Shown here: positions 10,230-21,536 of the stretch, one piece after another | Layout: each line of letters begins with the position of its first letter | How positions within the stretch are numbered: position 1 is the first letter of the stretch | Assembly: GCA_946540605.1 (NCBI GenBank) | Contig: CAMNIU010000195.1 | Coordinates: 43-64,042, forward strand | Source: an uncultured Treponema sp. | GTDB taxonomy: Bacteria > Spirochaetota > Spirochaetia > Treponematales > Treponemataceae | Direction: 5' to 3' | Length of the DNA: 64,000 nucleotides | Position numbers and translations under genes: made by a program | Notes under the pieces: generated by a model | The model's input: the letters and a program-made list of their open reading frames with translations, nothing else | Databases searched by the model: none | Told to the model about the DNA's origin: nothing

Positions 10230-11708
10230 TTGAAAATTACAATTCAAAAAGCAAAAAACGGAGAAAACACTGCTCTTGCAGACGGACATTTTCTCCATTC
10301 TAATTATGCCCCTGTAAAAGAAGCACAACGTTTTGTTGAAAATCTTGCACTACCCTTTATTCCAAAAATCATCATTCTTCTTGAACCAGCTCTTTCATAT
10401 GCAGCTGATTTTTTGCGTATACGTTTTCCAAACATCAAGCTTGGTGTCATAAGATATCTAAAAGACTTTGAACAATATAATTCAAAATTTGATTTTGTAA
10501 TTAATTACTTTGAAACTTCAAATCTTGAAGCACGACTGGAAAGCTGCATAAACGAAGAGCAGCTGCTTTCTACCTTATTTTTCAGCTGGCCTGCAAGTTC
10601 ACAAATTTTTAAAGATATAGAAAAAGAAGTCTGGAAAGAAATAAAGCTGGCTCTTGAACGTTCAAAAACTCTCCTTATCACACGACAGTATTTTGAAAAA
10701 AAATGGTTTTTAAACAGTATTAATTTTTTTGCAAATATAAAACATTCAGTAAGTTTTCAAAATCAAATTACAAAAGACATTCTTATTATAGCTTCAGGAC
10801 CAAGTTTAAAACCATTTATTAGTTTTATAAAAGAAAACCAAAATAAGTTTTTTATTATTTGTCTTTCATCCGCAATTTCAGTTTGTTTCAAATATGATAT
10901 AAAACCTGATTTATACATGACAACTGACGGTGGATTCTGGGCCGGAGAACATTTAAAAAAACTATATAAAACAGATATTCCTGTTGCAATACCAGCTGAA
11001 GCTTTTTGTTCTAAAAACTTATTGAATAAACTAAAAATTTTACCATTAGTGTATGATGATGGTATTTCTAAAGAATTAACTAAAGCCTCCGGAATTATAA
11101 CAAAACATGCGGTACGCAATGGTACTGTAAGTGGCACTGCTCTTTTATTTGCCATTGAATATTCTGATAAAAATATCTATATGTGTGGGCTCGATATGGC
11201 AAATCAAAAAGGATTTCAGCATACACAGCCTAATGAACTTGAAGCTAATGCATCAATTTACGATTACCGCATAAAACCTAAAGAAACCAGACTTACACGT
11301 TCTGAACTAACTACCGGTAGTTTGGAAATATATAAAAACTGGTTTATATCGAATCGATTTAATCTAAGTCAGAGAAAAGTTTTACGACTTATAGAAAATA
11401 ATGACAGAAAAAACTCTCTTGGCTGGATTGAGGATATTAATCTGCAGGAATTCAAAAAGCTTTCACAAAAAGCTTCAGACTGCAAAGATTATATTTTTAA
11501 GGAAACATCCTGGAAATTTGACTCCTCAAAAATCAAAGATTTTATTAATCAAAATATAAACAATCAATTATGGAAACAACAGCTTTTTCCACTGGACTAC
11601 GTTTCGCTTTCTCACAATAATGAAAATATCGAAATGCAAAATAAAATTGAATCTGAATGGGAAAATCTATTTCAAAAAATCTCTGGTATCTTGAATGAAA
11701 ATATATAA
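10230..11708 (+). CDS. Maf/DUF115 (MptE-like) family protein, putative flagellin glycosyltransferase
   Basis: LHSNYAP..EA N-terminus, IIASGPSL, PDLYMTTDGG, GTVSGTA, IYMCGLDM. Confidence 0.8.
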   Translation: MKITIQKAKNGENTALADGHFLHSNYAPVKEAQRFVENLALPFIPKIIILLEPALSYAADFLRIRFPNIKLGVIRYLKDFEQYNSKFDFVINYFETSNLEARLESCINEEQLLSTLFFSWPASSQIFKDIEKEVWKEIKLALERSKTLLITRQYFEKKWFLNSINFFANIKHSVSFQNQITKDILIIASGPSLKPFISFIKENQNKFFIICLSSAISVCFKYDIKPDLYMTTDGGFWAGEHLKKLYKTDIPVAIPAEAFCSKNLLNKLKILPLVYDDGISKELTKASGIITKHAVRNGTVSGTALLFAIEYSDKNIYMCGLDMANQKGFQHTQPNELEANASIYDYRIKPKETRLTRSELTTGSLEIYKNWFISNRFNLSQRKVLRLIENNDRKNSLGWIEDINLQEFKKLSQKASDCKDYIFKETSWKFDSSKIKDFINQNINNQLWKQQLFPLDYVSLSHNNENIEMQNKIESEWENLFQKISGILNENI

Positions 11709-13191
11709 ATCTTTTGAACAGGCGAAAAATGGAACCTTAATTCCAGTTTTTACAAATGGAAAAACGATGGAATCCCGATACAATCCTGAACGGGATGCTG
11801 AAACACTTTGTAACTCAATTGAAATTAATTTTGATTTTTTTCTAGTTCTTGGTATAGGAAGCGGTCTTTTTATAAAAAAACTTTCCGAACGTTTTCCGGC
11901 TGCCAGAATAATCGCATTTGAATTATACCAGGAAGACATTGATTTTTTACGACAATCAGACATTCTAAAAGAACTTGAAAAAAATAATCACATTATATTT
12001 TCATCTCTGGATTCTCTTGAAAATGATTTAAGCCAGAACTATATACCTGCTAAATATGGAGATTTAAAAATCATTGAACAGCGTGCCTGGTTAAATGAAA
12101 ATGCAGTCTTTATAAACCAGATTAATTCCATATTACAAAAAACAATGGGGATAATTTCTGCAGATTTTTCGGTTCAATCTCACTTTGGAAAAATATGGAC
12201 AACAAATATTTTGAACAATTCTTTACTTGCTGAAAAGATCTATAATGAGGCTAAAAGTAATATTTCACTTTCAAATATTTTTTCTAAAGATGTACTTCAG
12301 AAAACAGCCATTATAATTGCAGCAGGCCCTACCCTGGATAAAACCATTTCTATATTAAATGATAGAAATAAATATTTTATAATTGCCACAGATACAGCTG
12401 GCAGTTCTCTTATTAAACATAAAATTATTCCGGATGTAATTGTTTCAATTGACGGACAAAATGTTTCGTATAATCATTTTATGACAAACAATTCAACTTT
12501 ATATGCTTTTGATTTATGTTCAAATTTTTCTGCAGCAAAACATATAGATGAAACTGGAAATAAACTTTTCTTTTTTTATACAGGACATCCACTTGCAAAT
12601 GCTATAAATACAAGTTTTGGTAATATATTCCCTTATCTATTTTCTGGAGCAGGAACAGTAACAATTACAGCAACTGACCTGGCAGTAAAAGCAGGTTTTA
12701 AGAAAATCCTTGTTCTTGGAGCAGATTTTTCATATACAAATGGCAAACCATATGCAGCAGGGACCTATCTTGATTCATTGTACAATCAAAAGTCTGTTAA
12801 AATAGATAGTGCCGAAAAAGCGTTTTCAAAACTAATGTTTAGAACGGAGCTGCTAAACTCTGACAATACTCAAACAACTCCAATTCTTGAAGCATATAAA
12901 ACTTCCTTTGAAAAATATCTTCAGCAGAAAAACATCCGTTTTTCAAAGAAACAGAATATCTATGAATTGTTAGTCTCTGATAACAAGAAAGAACTACTTT
13001 CTTTTAATTGTAATAAAAAACTATCTATGAAAGCATTCTTTAATAAATTATTATCGGCAAATCCAGAAGAAGCAGAAATTCTTTTACTGCCATATATAGC
13101 ATGGCTAAAAAATAACAAAAATTATAAAAACTACTCTTATACTGAATTACTAAAACTTGCTTTCAATACTATTGTAAGTTATAATATATGA
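11695..13191 (+). CDS. Second Maf/DUF115 (MptE-like) family protein
   Basis: MESRYNPERDA, IIAAGPTL, ATDTA, PDVIVSIDGQ, GTVT, ILVLGADFSY. Confidence 0.8.
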   Translation: MKIYKSFEQAKNGTLIPVFTNGKTMESRYNPERDAETLCNSIEINFDFFLVLGIGSGLFIKKLSERFPAARIIAFELYQEDIDFLRQSDILKELEKNNHIIFSSLDSLENDLSQNYIPAKYGDLKIIEQRAWLNENAVFINQINSILQKTMGIISADFSVQSHFGKIWTTNILNNSLLAEKIYNEAKSNISLSNIFSKDVLQKTAIIIAAGPTLDKTISILNDRNKYFIIATDTAGSSLIKHKIIPDVIVSIDGQNVSYNHFMTNNSTLYAFDLCSNFSAAKHIDETGNKLFFFYTGHPLANAINTSFGNIFPYLFSGAGTVTITATDLAVKAGFKKILVLGADFSYTNGKPYAAGTYLDSLYNQKSVKIDSAEKAFSKLMFRTELLNSDNTQTTPILEAYKTSFEKYLQQKNIRFSKKQNIYELLVSDNKKELLSFNCNKKLSMKAFFNKLLSANPEEAEILLLPYIAWLKNNKNYKNYSYTELLKLAFNTIVSYNI

Positions 13192-13192
13192 T

Positions 13193-14524
13193 ATGAAAAA
13201 CCGATTTATAGTAGTTTATACAGTCTTTGCAGCAGCTGTTTTTATTTTTGCATTAAGTTTTTTTGGCTTTAATCTTTATAAAGAATATTCAACAAATCTT
13301 GAAAAATCTGAAATAAGATATACAAATCTTGTAAATGATATAAGAACTTTAAGTTATAATCAGGCAGAAAATGATGCTACTTATGCTCAGTCCATTAAAA
13401 AAGCTGTCGGAGACTCTGGTGCTTATTCCTTTATTCAGGTAAAGCGCGAAGGTGAAACAGTAGTTTTTTATCCTGCAGGTAAAATGAAGGAAGAAACAGT
13501 TTCTAAATTAACAAAGACTTTTACAACTTCGCTTACAGTAAACAAACAATCGGTTACAGTTGATTGCAATCTGTATCTTATTCGTCCTGATTCAATTTTT
13601 TATTATGCCAGAGTTTCTTTCCTTATGATACTTATAATTACAATCATTACTGTAATTATGATTATCTATCTTAATATTGCAGAGGAAACAACTTCTGATG
13701 TTATTTCACTTGAAGAATCATCAGAAGACGAAACAGAAGAAGATACCATAGAAGAACAAGAGGATAACATAGCCGTTTCTGAAACTGATTCCAGTGAAGA
13801 AAAACCTATAGTATCTGAAACAGCAACACCAGAAATTGAAATTGATAAAACAGAAGAAGAAAATGAAGCAAGTTCCTCAGAAGTTACTCCAGAAGAAGTA
13901 AAGGCAATATTTGCAGAACCACTTACAGATGCTGCTGTAGAATCAACAGTTGAAGATGCAATTCCTTTAGAAAATCCTTCATCTGTAGAACCTGCAAAAC
14001 TTCCTGTAGATGAAATCAAGCCTGCAAAAACAGAAGATAATCCATCAGGATTATTTGATCCGTCAACAGGAATCGGCTGGGAATCTTATCTTCTTACCAG
14101 ATTAAACAATGAAATAGAACGGGCAACTGCATCTGAAATTGACATTTCTCTTTTCGTTATTAAAGTTCCTGAAATTTCAATGACCAGCGATGTTTACAAA
14201 AACATCTGCAATTATCTTGCAATTCAATTCCAGTTTAAAGATTTGCTTTTCGAATATAAGGATGATAGTATCGTTGCCATCAAAATCAGCATGAATGTTG
14301 ATGAAGCTCTTTCTCTTGCAGAAAAATTATACGCTGATATCTGTAATATTATAAATGGCAAAAACTGTAGAATAGGTATTACATCGCGTTCTATAAGAAT
14401 GGTAACGGGAGAAAGACTTTTGCTCGAAGCTGAACAGTCAATTGAACATTCTGATGAAAACTCCCCTATCATTGCATTCCGCGTTGATTCAGAGAAATAT
14501 CGTAAGTTGATGGAACAAAACTAA
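13193..14524 (+). CDS. Membrane protein with acidic linker and degenerate GGDEF domain
   Basis: Two TM segments; GLFDPSTGI matches the D.LTGL start of GGDEF domains; active-site position reads YKDDS. Confidence 0.65.
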   Translation: MKNRFIVVYTVFAAAVFIFALSFFGFNLYKEYSTNLEKSEIRYTNLVNDIRTLSYNQAENDATYAQSIKKAVGDSGAYSFIQVKREGETVVFYPAGKMKEETVSKLTKTFTTSLTVNKQSVTVDCNLYLIRPDSIFYYARVSFLMILIITIITVIMIIYLNIAEETTSDVISLEESSEDETEEDTIEEQEDNIAVSETDSSEEKPIVSETATPEIEIDKTEEENEASSSEVTPEEVKAIFAEPLTDAAVESTVEDAIPLENPSSVEPAKLPVDEIKPAKTEDNPSGLFDPSTGIGWESYLLTRLNNEIERATASEIDISLFVIKVPEISMTSDVYKNICNYLAIQFQFKDLLFEYKDDSIVAIKISMNVDEALSLAEKLYADICNIINGKNCRIGITSRSIRMVTGERLLLEAEQSIEHSDENSPIIAFRVDSEKYRKLMEQN

Positions 14525-14537
14525 TTTTTTTTACAGG

Positions 14538-15233
14538 TTAGTCTTTATTATTTTCTACCGGAGGTGGTGAATTCTCATCACCTTCTTTATTTTCAGAAGC
14601 TTTTTCAGCATCTTCTTTTATCTTCATTAGTTCTTTATATTTATCTTCGAAAGTTTTTATATTTTTATTCTCAGGATATTCCGTTTTAAGAATATCATAT
14701 GCTTCGGTAAACTTTACTGCATAATTCTTTTCAAACTTTTTTTCATCTGCTGCCATTACAGCAAGATAATTCTCAAGATATTCCTGATTTTTTGGTTGTG
14801 CTTCAAGAAGCTCTTCATAAATAGAAATTGAATGTTTAAAATCGCCCTGCATTGAATAAATGTAGGCTATTCCAGCTTTTATTGAAGCATTTTCAGGGTC
14901 GCGTTCCAGGATTCTTTTATACATCGGAAGTGCATTTGTCCAGTCAGAACTGAAAACATAACATTTTGCAAGTTTGTAATAAGCAGCCCAATACTGGTCT
15001 TTTTTTCTCATTGCAAGCTCGTAATATTCTGCAGCCTTTTTGTAATCTTCAAGCTTAAAATATGCATCACCAAGCATATAATATTCGACATATATATTAC
15101 GTGTCTTTACCGAGCCCTGCCCGGGAACTGGAACCGAGAGATCATTTGATGCGCATGAATAAAATAAGAAACTTGCCGCAAGTAAACTTGCGGCAAACAT
15201 TTTTTTAGCCGAGAACAATCTTTTCAATTTCAT
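14538..15233 (-). CDS. TPR-containing lipoprotein
   Basis: Lipobox-like FLFYSC; TPR helices ([24 protein letters not shown]; YYKLAKCY); start ATG 15233 or 15200 preferred over 15281. Confidence 0.75.
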   Translation of the reverse strand: MKLKRLFSAKKMFAASLLAASFLFYSCASNDLSVPVPGQGSVKTRNIYVEYYMLGDAYFKLEDYKKAAEYYELAMRKKDQYWAAYYKLAKCYVFSSDWTNALPMYKRILERDPENASIKAGIAYIYSMQGDFKHSISIYEELLEAQPKNQEYLENYLAVMAADEKKFEKNYAVKFTEAYDILKTEYPENKNIKTFEDKYKELMKIKEDAEKASENKEGDENSPPPVENNKD

Positions 15234-16242
15234 AAAGCTGAGATTTATATAAGCCTGAAATATTATGTCCATAATCAGCAATCAACTGAATCATATTACG
15301 AGGAGCATCCTTTGTATCGCAACCATTGAGACGATCACCGGCATCTCCAAGACCAGGCATAATATAAGCTTTTTCGTTCATTACAGGATCCATCCAGAGT
15401 GTGTAGCAGGTACAGTTTTCGAGAGCACGAGTAACACGGATACTTCCTTTAAGTGTAGATATTGTATTAAAGAAAGCAATAGATTTTGGTTTTACACCCT
15501 GGCTCTGAAGATATTTAACTACAGTTACAAGAGAACCACCAGTTGCGTTCATTGGATCAGCAAAAATCAAATCTTTACCATCAAGCTGTTCGAGATTAAA
15601 GAATGATTTATTGAGGTCCATAATGTATTCCATATCAGCTTCATTCTTTGTATCGTTTCGGCTGATTTTGAAAAGCGCAAAAGGAGTTTTGTAGCCGTGA
15701 CTTGAGTATTCCTGAATTTCCTTTGACATGATCATAGATGGAAGGAGAGCACCACGGAGCATAACACACATTACAGTATTTTCGATTTTATGATCGATGT
15801 CTGGAATCTTATGAACTGCATAGTTTTGTACAGGGAAGTTTACAGGAGTCTTTACAACAATATGTCCCTTCTTGTCGGAATGCTGATCTGTATAAGCCAT
15901 ACGGAAAAGCATTTCATATGCTCGCTGACTGTAATACATAAATTCCTGATGGTCGGTGCGTTCGTCGCGGAGTTTAGAAATAACACGGGAACATTCAGCA
16001 TGTGCTCCCTCTTCTGTAACAAAAGAGTAAACTTTTATATTTGGATGTTTTGCACAAATCTTCTGCATTTCATGGCCAAGTTTATCGTAACCGTCAATTA
16101 TTTTTGCTTCATCTTTAGGATCAAAATATTTCATTGTATCCTTGAACATTACTTCAAGACTTTTCAAATCAGACATATCTTCTGAAGTAAGATAGCCATC
16201 CAAATCTTCTGCTTTAAGAATTATTTTGTTGTTTTCTGCCAT
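15205..16242 (-). CDS. upp: Uracil phosphoribosyltransferase (long spirochaete type)
   Basis: VMLRGAL, PRPP motif [27 protein letters not shown]. Confidence 0.88.
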   Translation of the reverse strand: MAENNKIILKAEDLDGYLTSEDMSDLKSLEVMFKDTMKYFDPKDEAKIIDGYDKLGHEMQKICAKHPNIKVYSFVTEEGAHAECSRVISKLRDERTDHQEFMYYSQRAYEMLFRMAYTDQHSDKKGHIVVKTPVNFPVQNYAVHKIPDIDHKIENTVMCVMLRGALLPSMIMSKEIQEYSSHGYKTPFALFKISRNDTKNEADMEYIMDLNKSFFNLEQLDGKDLIFADPMNATGGSLVTVVKYLQSQGVKPKSIAFFNTISTLKGSIRVTRALENCTCYTLWMDPVMNEKAYIMPGLGDAGDRLNGCDTKDAPRNMIQLIADYGHNISGLYKSQLYEIEKIVLG

Positions 16243-16260
16243 TTCTTATTCTCCTGTAAA

Positions 16261-17154
16261 TTATAATGAAAGCAGTTTATATAACTGCTGCTTGTCTATT
16301 CTGATATCGTTTATTATAAGTTCACGGTCTCCGATAATTTCTTCCTGCGAATTTGTAAGACCAAATGCAAGAGTCAAAAGTGTTTTTCCAGCTTTTAAGA
16401 ACATACCGTTTTTGAATCTAAAATCAAGATCAAGAAAATACTGATTTGGATGTTTAGGGTCAGTTGTAAAACAACCTTTGACATCAATTAATTTAAGGTC
16501 AAGCTGCGCACCTGTAAGAATTGTTAAAAAAGATTGCGGCTTGTTAGCATAAAAACGTATTTCTGTTTCTGCACCTTTTAGATAAGAAGTAAGTTCTTCA
16601 TTTAAATCAGAATAAAGCGCTGTTGCATCATCTGCAGGAAGAGCTGAAAGTGAATCGAACTTATCGAGCATTCCTTCAAGATTTCTTCCCACACAGGCAA
16701 TTCTTCCTGATGGGAATGTCATTTCAACTGGACCGCTGTAGATTTTATATTTATTTAGACTTTCAGCTGGAGAATATTCAGAAGTTACCCAGCCGTTTTT
16801 AGCACTAAGAACTTTTGGTACATATTTTTGTGGAATACTACCATCTATTGAAGACTGAACTTCCGTACCATGCTTGGAACGATTAAGACCACAATAAACT
16901 TTATTTACGTGGTCTGCAATCATTTTTGCATCAGTTTCAGAAGCCTGCTCATAAAAACCTGTAATTATTCTTTCAATAAGAACATTATCTGCAGCCCTCG
17001 GAACTGCGATATAAAAAGAACTTTCTGAATCAATAAGTTCCAGAGGGTCTACAGGTCTTCCTGCAGGAGCAGATTTACATCCTGCAAGAAGGAGAAGAAA
17101 AAGTATAGATGCTGAAACAAGTTCAGCATGACGGAAAAAGTTATGCTTTTTCAA
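16261..17154 (-). CDS. Lipoprotein, TP0453-like
   Basis: Lipobox LLLAGC; overlaps the ileS stop, matching the ileS/TP0453 adjacency in Treponema. Confidence 0.6.
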   Translation of the reverse strand: MKKHNFFRHAELVSASILFLLLLAGCKSAPAGRPVDPLELIDSESSFYIAVPRAADNVLIERIITGFYEQASETDAKMIADHVNKVYCGLNRSKHGTEVQSSIDGSIPQKYVPKVLSAKNGWVTSEYSPAESLNKYKIYSGPVEMTFPSGRIACVGRNLEGMLDKFDSLSALPADDATALYSDLNEELTSYLKGAETEIRFYANKPQSFLTILTGAQLDLKLIDVKGCFTTDPKHPNQYFLDLDFRFKNGMFLKAGKTLLTLAFGLTNSQEEIIGDRELIINDIRIDKQQLYKLLSL

Positions 17155-20100
17155 TCTTAAAGCTCCATTTTTTATCGTCTGCTTCTACTTCGAATGCACC
17201 TGAAAGTCCAGCATTCCAGCTTGTTTTTTCAGCAAGAGTTTCGCCGGAAATAAAGTCTGCAAACATTTTATAAGCAGATTCAAGATCAGCATCACCACCA
17301 AGCTCAAGTACAATACGGTCAGTTACATTATAACCGTTTTCCTTTCGCTGGTTCTGAATACCGCGGATAAGGTCACGAACATAACCTTCTTTCTTAAGTT
17401 CGTCTGTAATCTTTGAATCAAGACCAACTGTAAGAGTACCGTCATTAAGAACCTTAAGATCGTCTTTTTCGAAGCGTTCTACAATTACTTTTTCTTCATT
17501 GAGTTCAACAGTTGTACCGTTTACATCAATGCTGAGTTTTGTACCTTCAAGAATAGACTGAATCTGCTCACTTGTAAGACTTGCAATAATTCCTGCAGCC
17601 TGCTTCATTAAAGGTCCAAGCTCTTTACCAAGAACCTTGAAGTTTGCTTTTGCCTTATATTCAACAAGCTCGTCTTCACGGTCGTGGAATTCAACCTTCT
17701 TTACATTAAGTTCTTCTGCAATTGTATCCTGCATTTCAGACAATACAGTTTTTTCGCTTGGGTTACGTGTTACAAGAGCAACGCTTGCAAGTGGCTGGCG
17801 GTTCTTGAGGTTGAACTGATTGCGAAGACTATGGCCCATAGAAACTGCCTTCTGAACAGTTGCCATCTTAAACTCAAGTTCTTCGTTAATCCAAGCCTTA
17901 TTAGGAACCGGATAATCACAAAGGTGAACAGATTCTTTATCTTCACTTGTCTTGAGATTCTGATACATTTCTTCTGTAATGAATGGAACAAATGGAGCTG
18001 CAACTTTTGCAAGAGTTTTAAGAGCAATGTAGAGAGCTTCATATGCTTCTGCCTTGTCACTGTCGTTCTCTGATTTCCAGAAGCGGCGGCGGCTGCGGCG
18101 AATATACCAGTTATTAAGTTCGTCAATGAATTTTACGATTGGGTCAATAGAGCCAGACAAATCATAGGAATCAAGAGCATCAGAAACCTCTTTAATAAGA
18201 TTCTGTGTAATTGATAAAAGCCATGCATCAAGAGGATTTGTTGGTGTCTTGTTATCAAAAAGGTGTCCAGTTGGAGAAACCTTATCGATATTTGCATAAG
18301 TTACAAAGAATGAGTAAGAGTTCCACCATGGGATGATGATAGACTTCAAAACATCACGAACACCATCATCTGAATAGCGGATTTCATCAGCCTTAACAAC
18401 TACAGAGTGCATGAGGAAGAGACGAATTGCATCTGCACCAAACTTGTTGATTGCATCTACAGGGTCTGTATAGTTGTGTAAAGATTTAGACATCTTGCGT
18501 CCGTCTTCTGCAAGTACAATTCCGTTTACGATACAATTTTCAAATGCAGGCTTATCAAAGAGCTGAGCTGCCAGTACTGTAAGTGTATAGAACCATCCGC
18601 GAGTCTGATCGAGACCTTCTGAAATGAAGTTTGCAGGGAAATTCTTTTCAAACTTCTCTTTGTTTTCAAACGGATAATGAACCTGTGCATAAGGCATAGA
18701 ACCTGATTCAAACCAGCAGTCAAATACTTCCGGAATACGGCGCATTGTGCCTTTTCCACATTTTGGACACTTGAAAGTGATTTTATCTACGTACTGCTTG
18801 TGCAAATCATCAGGGTAAGTTCCGCTAAGATCTTTAAGTTCCTGACGGCTTCCTACACAAAGAGTATGCTTACAATCAGGGTCATCACAACGCCAGATAG
18901 GAATTGGGTTACCCCAGTATCGGTTACGGCTTACTGCCCAGTCGCGTGCACCTGCAAGCCACTTACCAAAACGACCTTCCTTAATGTGGCTAGGCTGCCA
19001 GGTAATTTTGCTGTTTGCACGGAGCAGTACATCGTGATAATCAGCAACCTTAACAAACCATGAACCGATTCCACGGTAAATCAAAGGTGAACCACAACGC
19101 CAGCAGTGTGGATATGAGTGAACGATAGAATCGCGTTTTACAAGTTTTCCTTCGTCCTTAAGACGTTTCATAATATCTTTATCAGCATCTTTTACAAATA
19201 CGCCCTGATAGTCTGGAACTTCTTTTGTAAATTTACATTCAGCGTCAATTGGCTCAACATTAGGAACACCTGAACCACGGAATACTTTGTTATCTTCTTC
19301 ACCAAATGCCGGAGCAATATGAACGATACCAGTACCATCTTCGGTAGAAACGTATTCTGCGTTGAACATGCGGAAAGCACCCTTTTCGCACTTCTGGCCG
19401 CTCATTTCTTCACATTTTGCAGGATCTTTAAGATATGCAAAATAAGGGAACAATGGCTCATATTCTGCACCAATGAATTCCTTACCTTTATGACGATAGA
19501 TGATTTCGTATCCAGCTTCATCTTTGTAGTATGCAGAAAGACGAGCTTCGGCAAAAATGTAATAGTCGCCGCTTTCTTTATCGAGAATCTTTACGTAGTC
19601 GATTTCTGGTCCCATACAAAGACCAAGGTTTGAAGGCAAGGTCCATGGAGTTGTTGTCCATGCGAGGAAGTAAGTTTTTCCGTTTGCCATGTCAGGATCG
19701 TTTACCCCTTCAGGTGCCTTTGTAATCTTAAAGCGAACTGTTACAGTCTGATCCTGAACATCCTTATAGCCCTGTGCAAGTTCGTGTGTTGAAAGAACTG
19801 TTGAACAGCGTGGACAGTATGGCAAAATATACTTTCCTTCATAGAAAAGTCCTTTATTCCAGAGAGATTTTGCAACCCACCAGATTGATTCCATATATTC
19901 CGGATTCATTGTCTTGTAATCGTTATCAAAATCAACCCAGCGTCCCATACGAGTAATTGTCTGGCGCCATTCTGCAGTATAACGTAAAACCGAAGCACGG
20001 CAGGCATCGTTAAATTTGTCGATTCCCATTGCTTCAATTTCGTGTTTTGAATTAATTTTAAGTTCTTTTTCAATCAGATTTTCGATTGGAAGACCATGAC

Positions 20101-20362
20101 AGTCCCAACCAAAGCGGCGTTCTACACGCTTACCTTTCATTGTCTGATAACGTGGAATAATATCTTTAATTGTTGACGGAATAAAATGTCCGAAGTGTGG
20201 GAGACCTGTAGCAAATGGAGGGCCATCATAGAAAACAAAGTCCTCTGCTCCTTCTCTCTGGCTAATTGATTTTTTGAAAATATCATTATCCTGCCAGAAT
20301 TTTAAAACTTCTTCTTCCTGTTTAGGAAAGTCAACTTTTGGATCAACCGGTTTGAAACTCAT
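17141..20362 (-). CDS. ileS: Isoleucine--tRNA ligase (type 2, long form)
   Basis: DGPPFATGLPHFGH (HIGH), GWDCHGLP, WTTTPWTLPSN, KMSKS, NNWYIRRSRRRFW. Confidence 0.98.
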   Translation of the reverse strand: MSFKPVDPKVDFPKQEEEVLKFWQDNDIFKKSISQREGAEDFVFYDGPPFATGLPHFGHFIPSTIKDIIPRYQTMKGKRVERRFGWDCHGLPIENLIEKELKINSKHEIEAMGIDKFNDACRASVLRYTAEWRQTITRMGRWVDFDNDYKTMNPEYMESIWWVAKSLWNKGLFYEGKYILPYCPRCSTVLSTHELAQGYKDVQDQTVTVRFKITKAPEGVNDPDMANGKTYFLAWTTTPWTLPSNLGLCMGPEIDYVKILDKESGDYYIFAEARLSAYYKDEAGYEIIYRHKGKEFIGAEYEPLFPYFAYLKDPAKCEEMSGQKCEKGAFRMFNAEYVSTEDGTGIVHIAPAFGEEDNKVFRGSGVPNVEPIDAECKFTKEVPDYQGVFVKDADKDIMKRLKDEGKLVKRDSIVHSYPHCWRCGSPLIYRGIGSWFVKVADYHDVLLRANSKITWQPSHIKEGRFGKWLAGARDWAVSRNRYWGNPIPIWRCDDPDCKHTLCVGSRQELKDLSGTYPDDLHKQYVDKITFKCPKCGKGTMRRIPEVFDCWFESGSMPYAQVHYPFENKEKFEKNFPANFISEGLDQTRGWFYTLTVLAAQLFDKPAFENCIVNGIVLAEDGRKMSKSLHNYTDPVDAINKFGADAIRLFLMHSVVVKADEIRYSDDGVRDVLKSIIIPWWNSYSFFVTYANIDKVSPTGHLFDNKTPTNPLDAWLLSITQNLIKEVSDALDSYDLSGSIDPIVKFIDELNNWYIRRSRRRFWKSENDSDKAEAYEALYIALKTLAKVAAPFVPFITEEMYQNLKTSEDKESVHLCDYPVPNKAWINEELEFKMATVQKAVSMGHSLRNQFNLKNRQPLASVALVTRNPSEKTVLSEMQDTIAEELNVKKVEFHDREDELVEYKAKANFKVLGKELGPLMKQAAGIIASLTSEQIQSILEGTKLSIDVNGTTVELNEEKVIVERFEKDDLKVLNDGTLTVGLDSKITDELKKEGYVRDLIRGIQNQRKENGYNVTDRIVLELGGDADLESAYKMFADFISGETLAEKTSWNAGLSGAFEVEADDKKWSFKIEKA

Positions 20363-20466
20363 GAATGTGTCCTTATATGTATGATATTTATAATCTTCTT
20401 ATTATGACATAAAAATTGATTTTATTCTATATATTTTAAAACTCGTGTTATGAAATGATATAAAGA

Positions 20467-20495
20467 TTGACTAATCAGTTCATATAAAATAAAAT
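20467..20495 (+). promoter_or_regulatory. sigma70-type promoter of the GT8 operon
   Basis: TTGACT-17 bp-TAAAAT, 9 nt upstream of ATG 20505. Confidence 0.55.
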
Positions 20496-20504
20496 TGTAT
20501 TAAT

Positions 20505-21536
20505 ATGGACTCAAAGAAATACAATCAGAAAATTCCTATCTGCTTTGCAACAGATGACAATTACGTTCCATTCCTGACTGTTGCCCTGGCTTCTATGCTT
20601 GATAATGCATCAAAAGATAACTTTTATATGATTTATGTTTTAACTTCTCATCTGTCAGAAGAAAATATGAAGAGTATAAAAAAACATGAGGTTGAAAACT
20701 GTTCAATTGAATTTGTTCAGCTTTCAAAAGAACTTGATAAAGTTCAAAACATGTTTCATTTGAGGGATTATTATTCAAAGGAAACCTATTACCGTATTTT
20801 TATTCCAAATCTTTTTCCTCAATATCAAAAGGTTCTTTATCTCGACTGTGACATTACAGTTCTTGGAGATGTAAGTGAATTATACAATACCGAGATTCAC
20901 GGCTATTACGTTGCTGCAGCACAGGAAGAAGTAATGCAAACCTTCGAGGTATTTGGTAATTACGTAGAACAGGCAGATGGTATTAATCGTAAGGAATATT
21001 TTAATGCAGGTATTCTTCTTATAAATTGCCGCCGCTGGCGCAACAAACTCATTGCAGAACGCTTTGTTGACCTTTTGAACCGCTATAAATTCCGTGTTGT
21101 TCAGGATGAAGATTATCTTAATGTTCTTTGTAAGAACAATGTTAAAAAGCTTAATTTAGGCTGGAATAAGACTTCTTACAAAAATGAAACTTTTGATGAT
21201 AAAGACCTGAAGATTATCCACTGGAAAATAAACTGGCGCCCATGGAAATATAAGGATGTTCTTTACGAAGAGTATTTCTGGAAATATGCTAAAATGACAG
21301 ATTTCTATGATAAGCTCATTCAAATGAGAGATTCACGAACTGAAGAAGATTTCAAAAAAGATGATCTTCTTATGGAAAATCTTTCAAAAATGGCACAGGA
21401 AGATGCTGATGACCCTAACAACTATTACAGAACGGATGGTAAAAAAGGTCTCGTTGAAAACATTTTCTCAACTCTTTTAAAGATTATTAAGTTTAGAAAA
21501 GTAATTAATGCAAGTATTTTCAGGCGGAAAAAATGA
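20505..21536 (+). CDS. Glycosyltransferase family 8
   Basis: ICFATDDNY, TYYRIFIP, KVLYLDCD (DxD), YFNAGILLIN, QDEDYLN, IIHW...RPW. Confidence 0.92.
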   Translation: MDSKKYNQKIPICFATDDNYVPFLTVALASMLDNASKDNFYMIYVLTSHLSEENMKSIKKHEVENCSIEFVQLSKELDKVQNMFHLRDYYSKETYYRIFIPNLFPQYQKVLYLDCDITVLGDVSELYNTEIHGYYVAAAQEEVMQTFEVFGNYVEQADGINRKEYFNAGILLINCRRWRNKLIAERFVDLLNRYKFRVVQDEDYLNVLCKNNVKKLNLGWNKTSYKNETFDDKDLKIIHWKINWRPWKYKDVLYEEYFWKYAKMTDFYDKLIQMRDSRTEEDFKKDDLLMENLSKMAQEDADDPNNYYRTDGKKGLVENIFSTLLKIIKFRKVINASIFRRKK

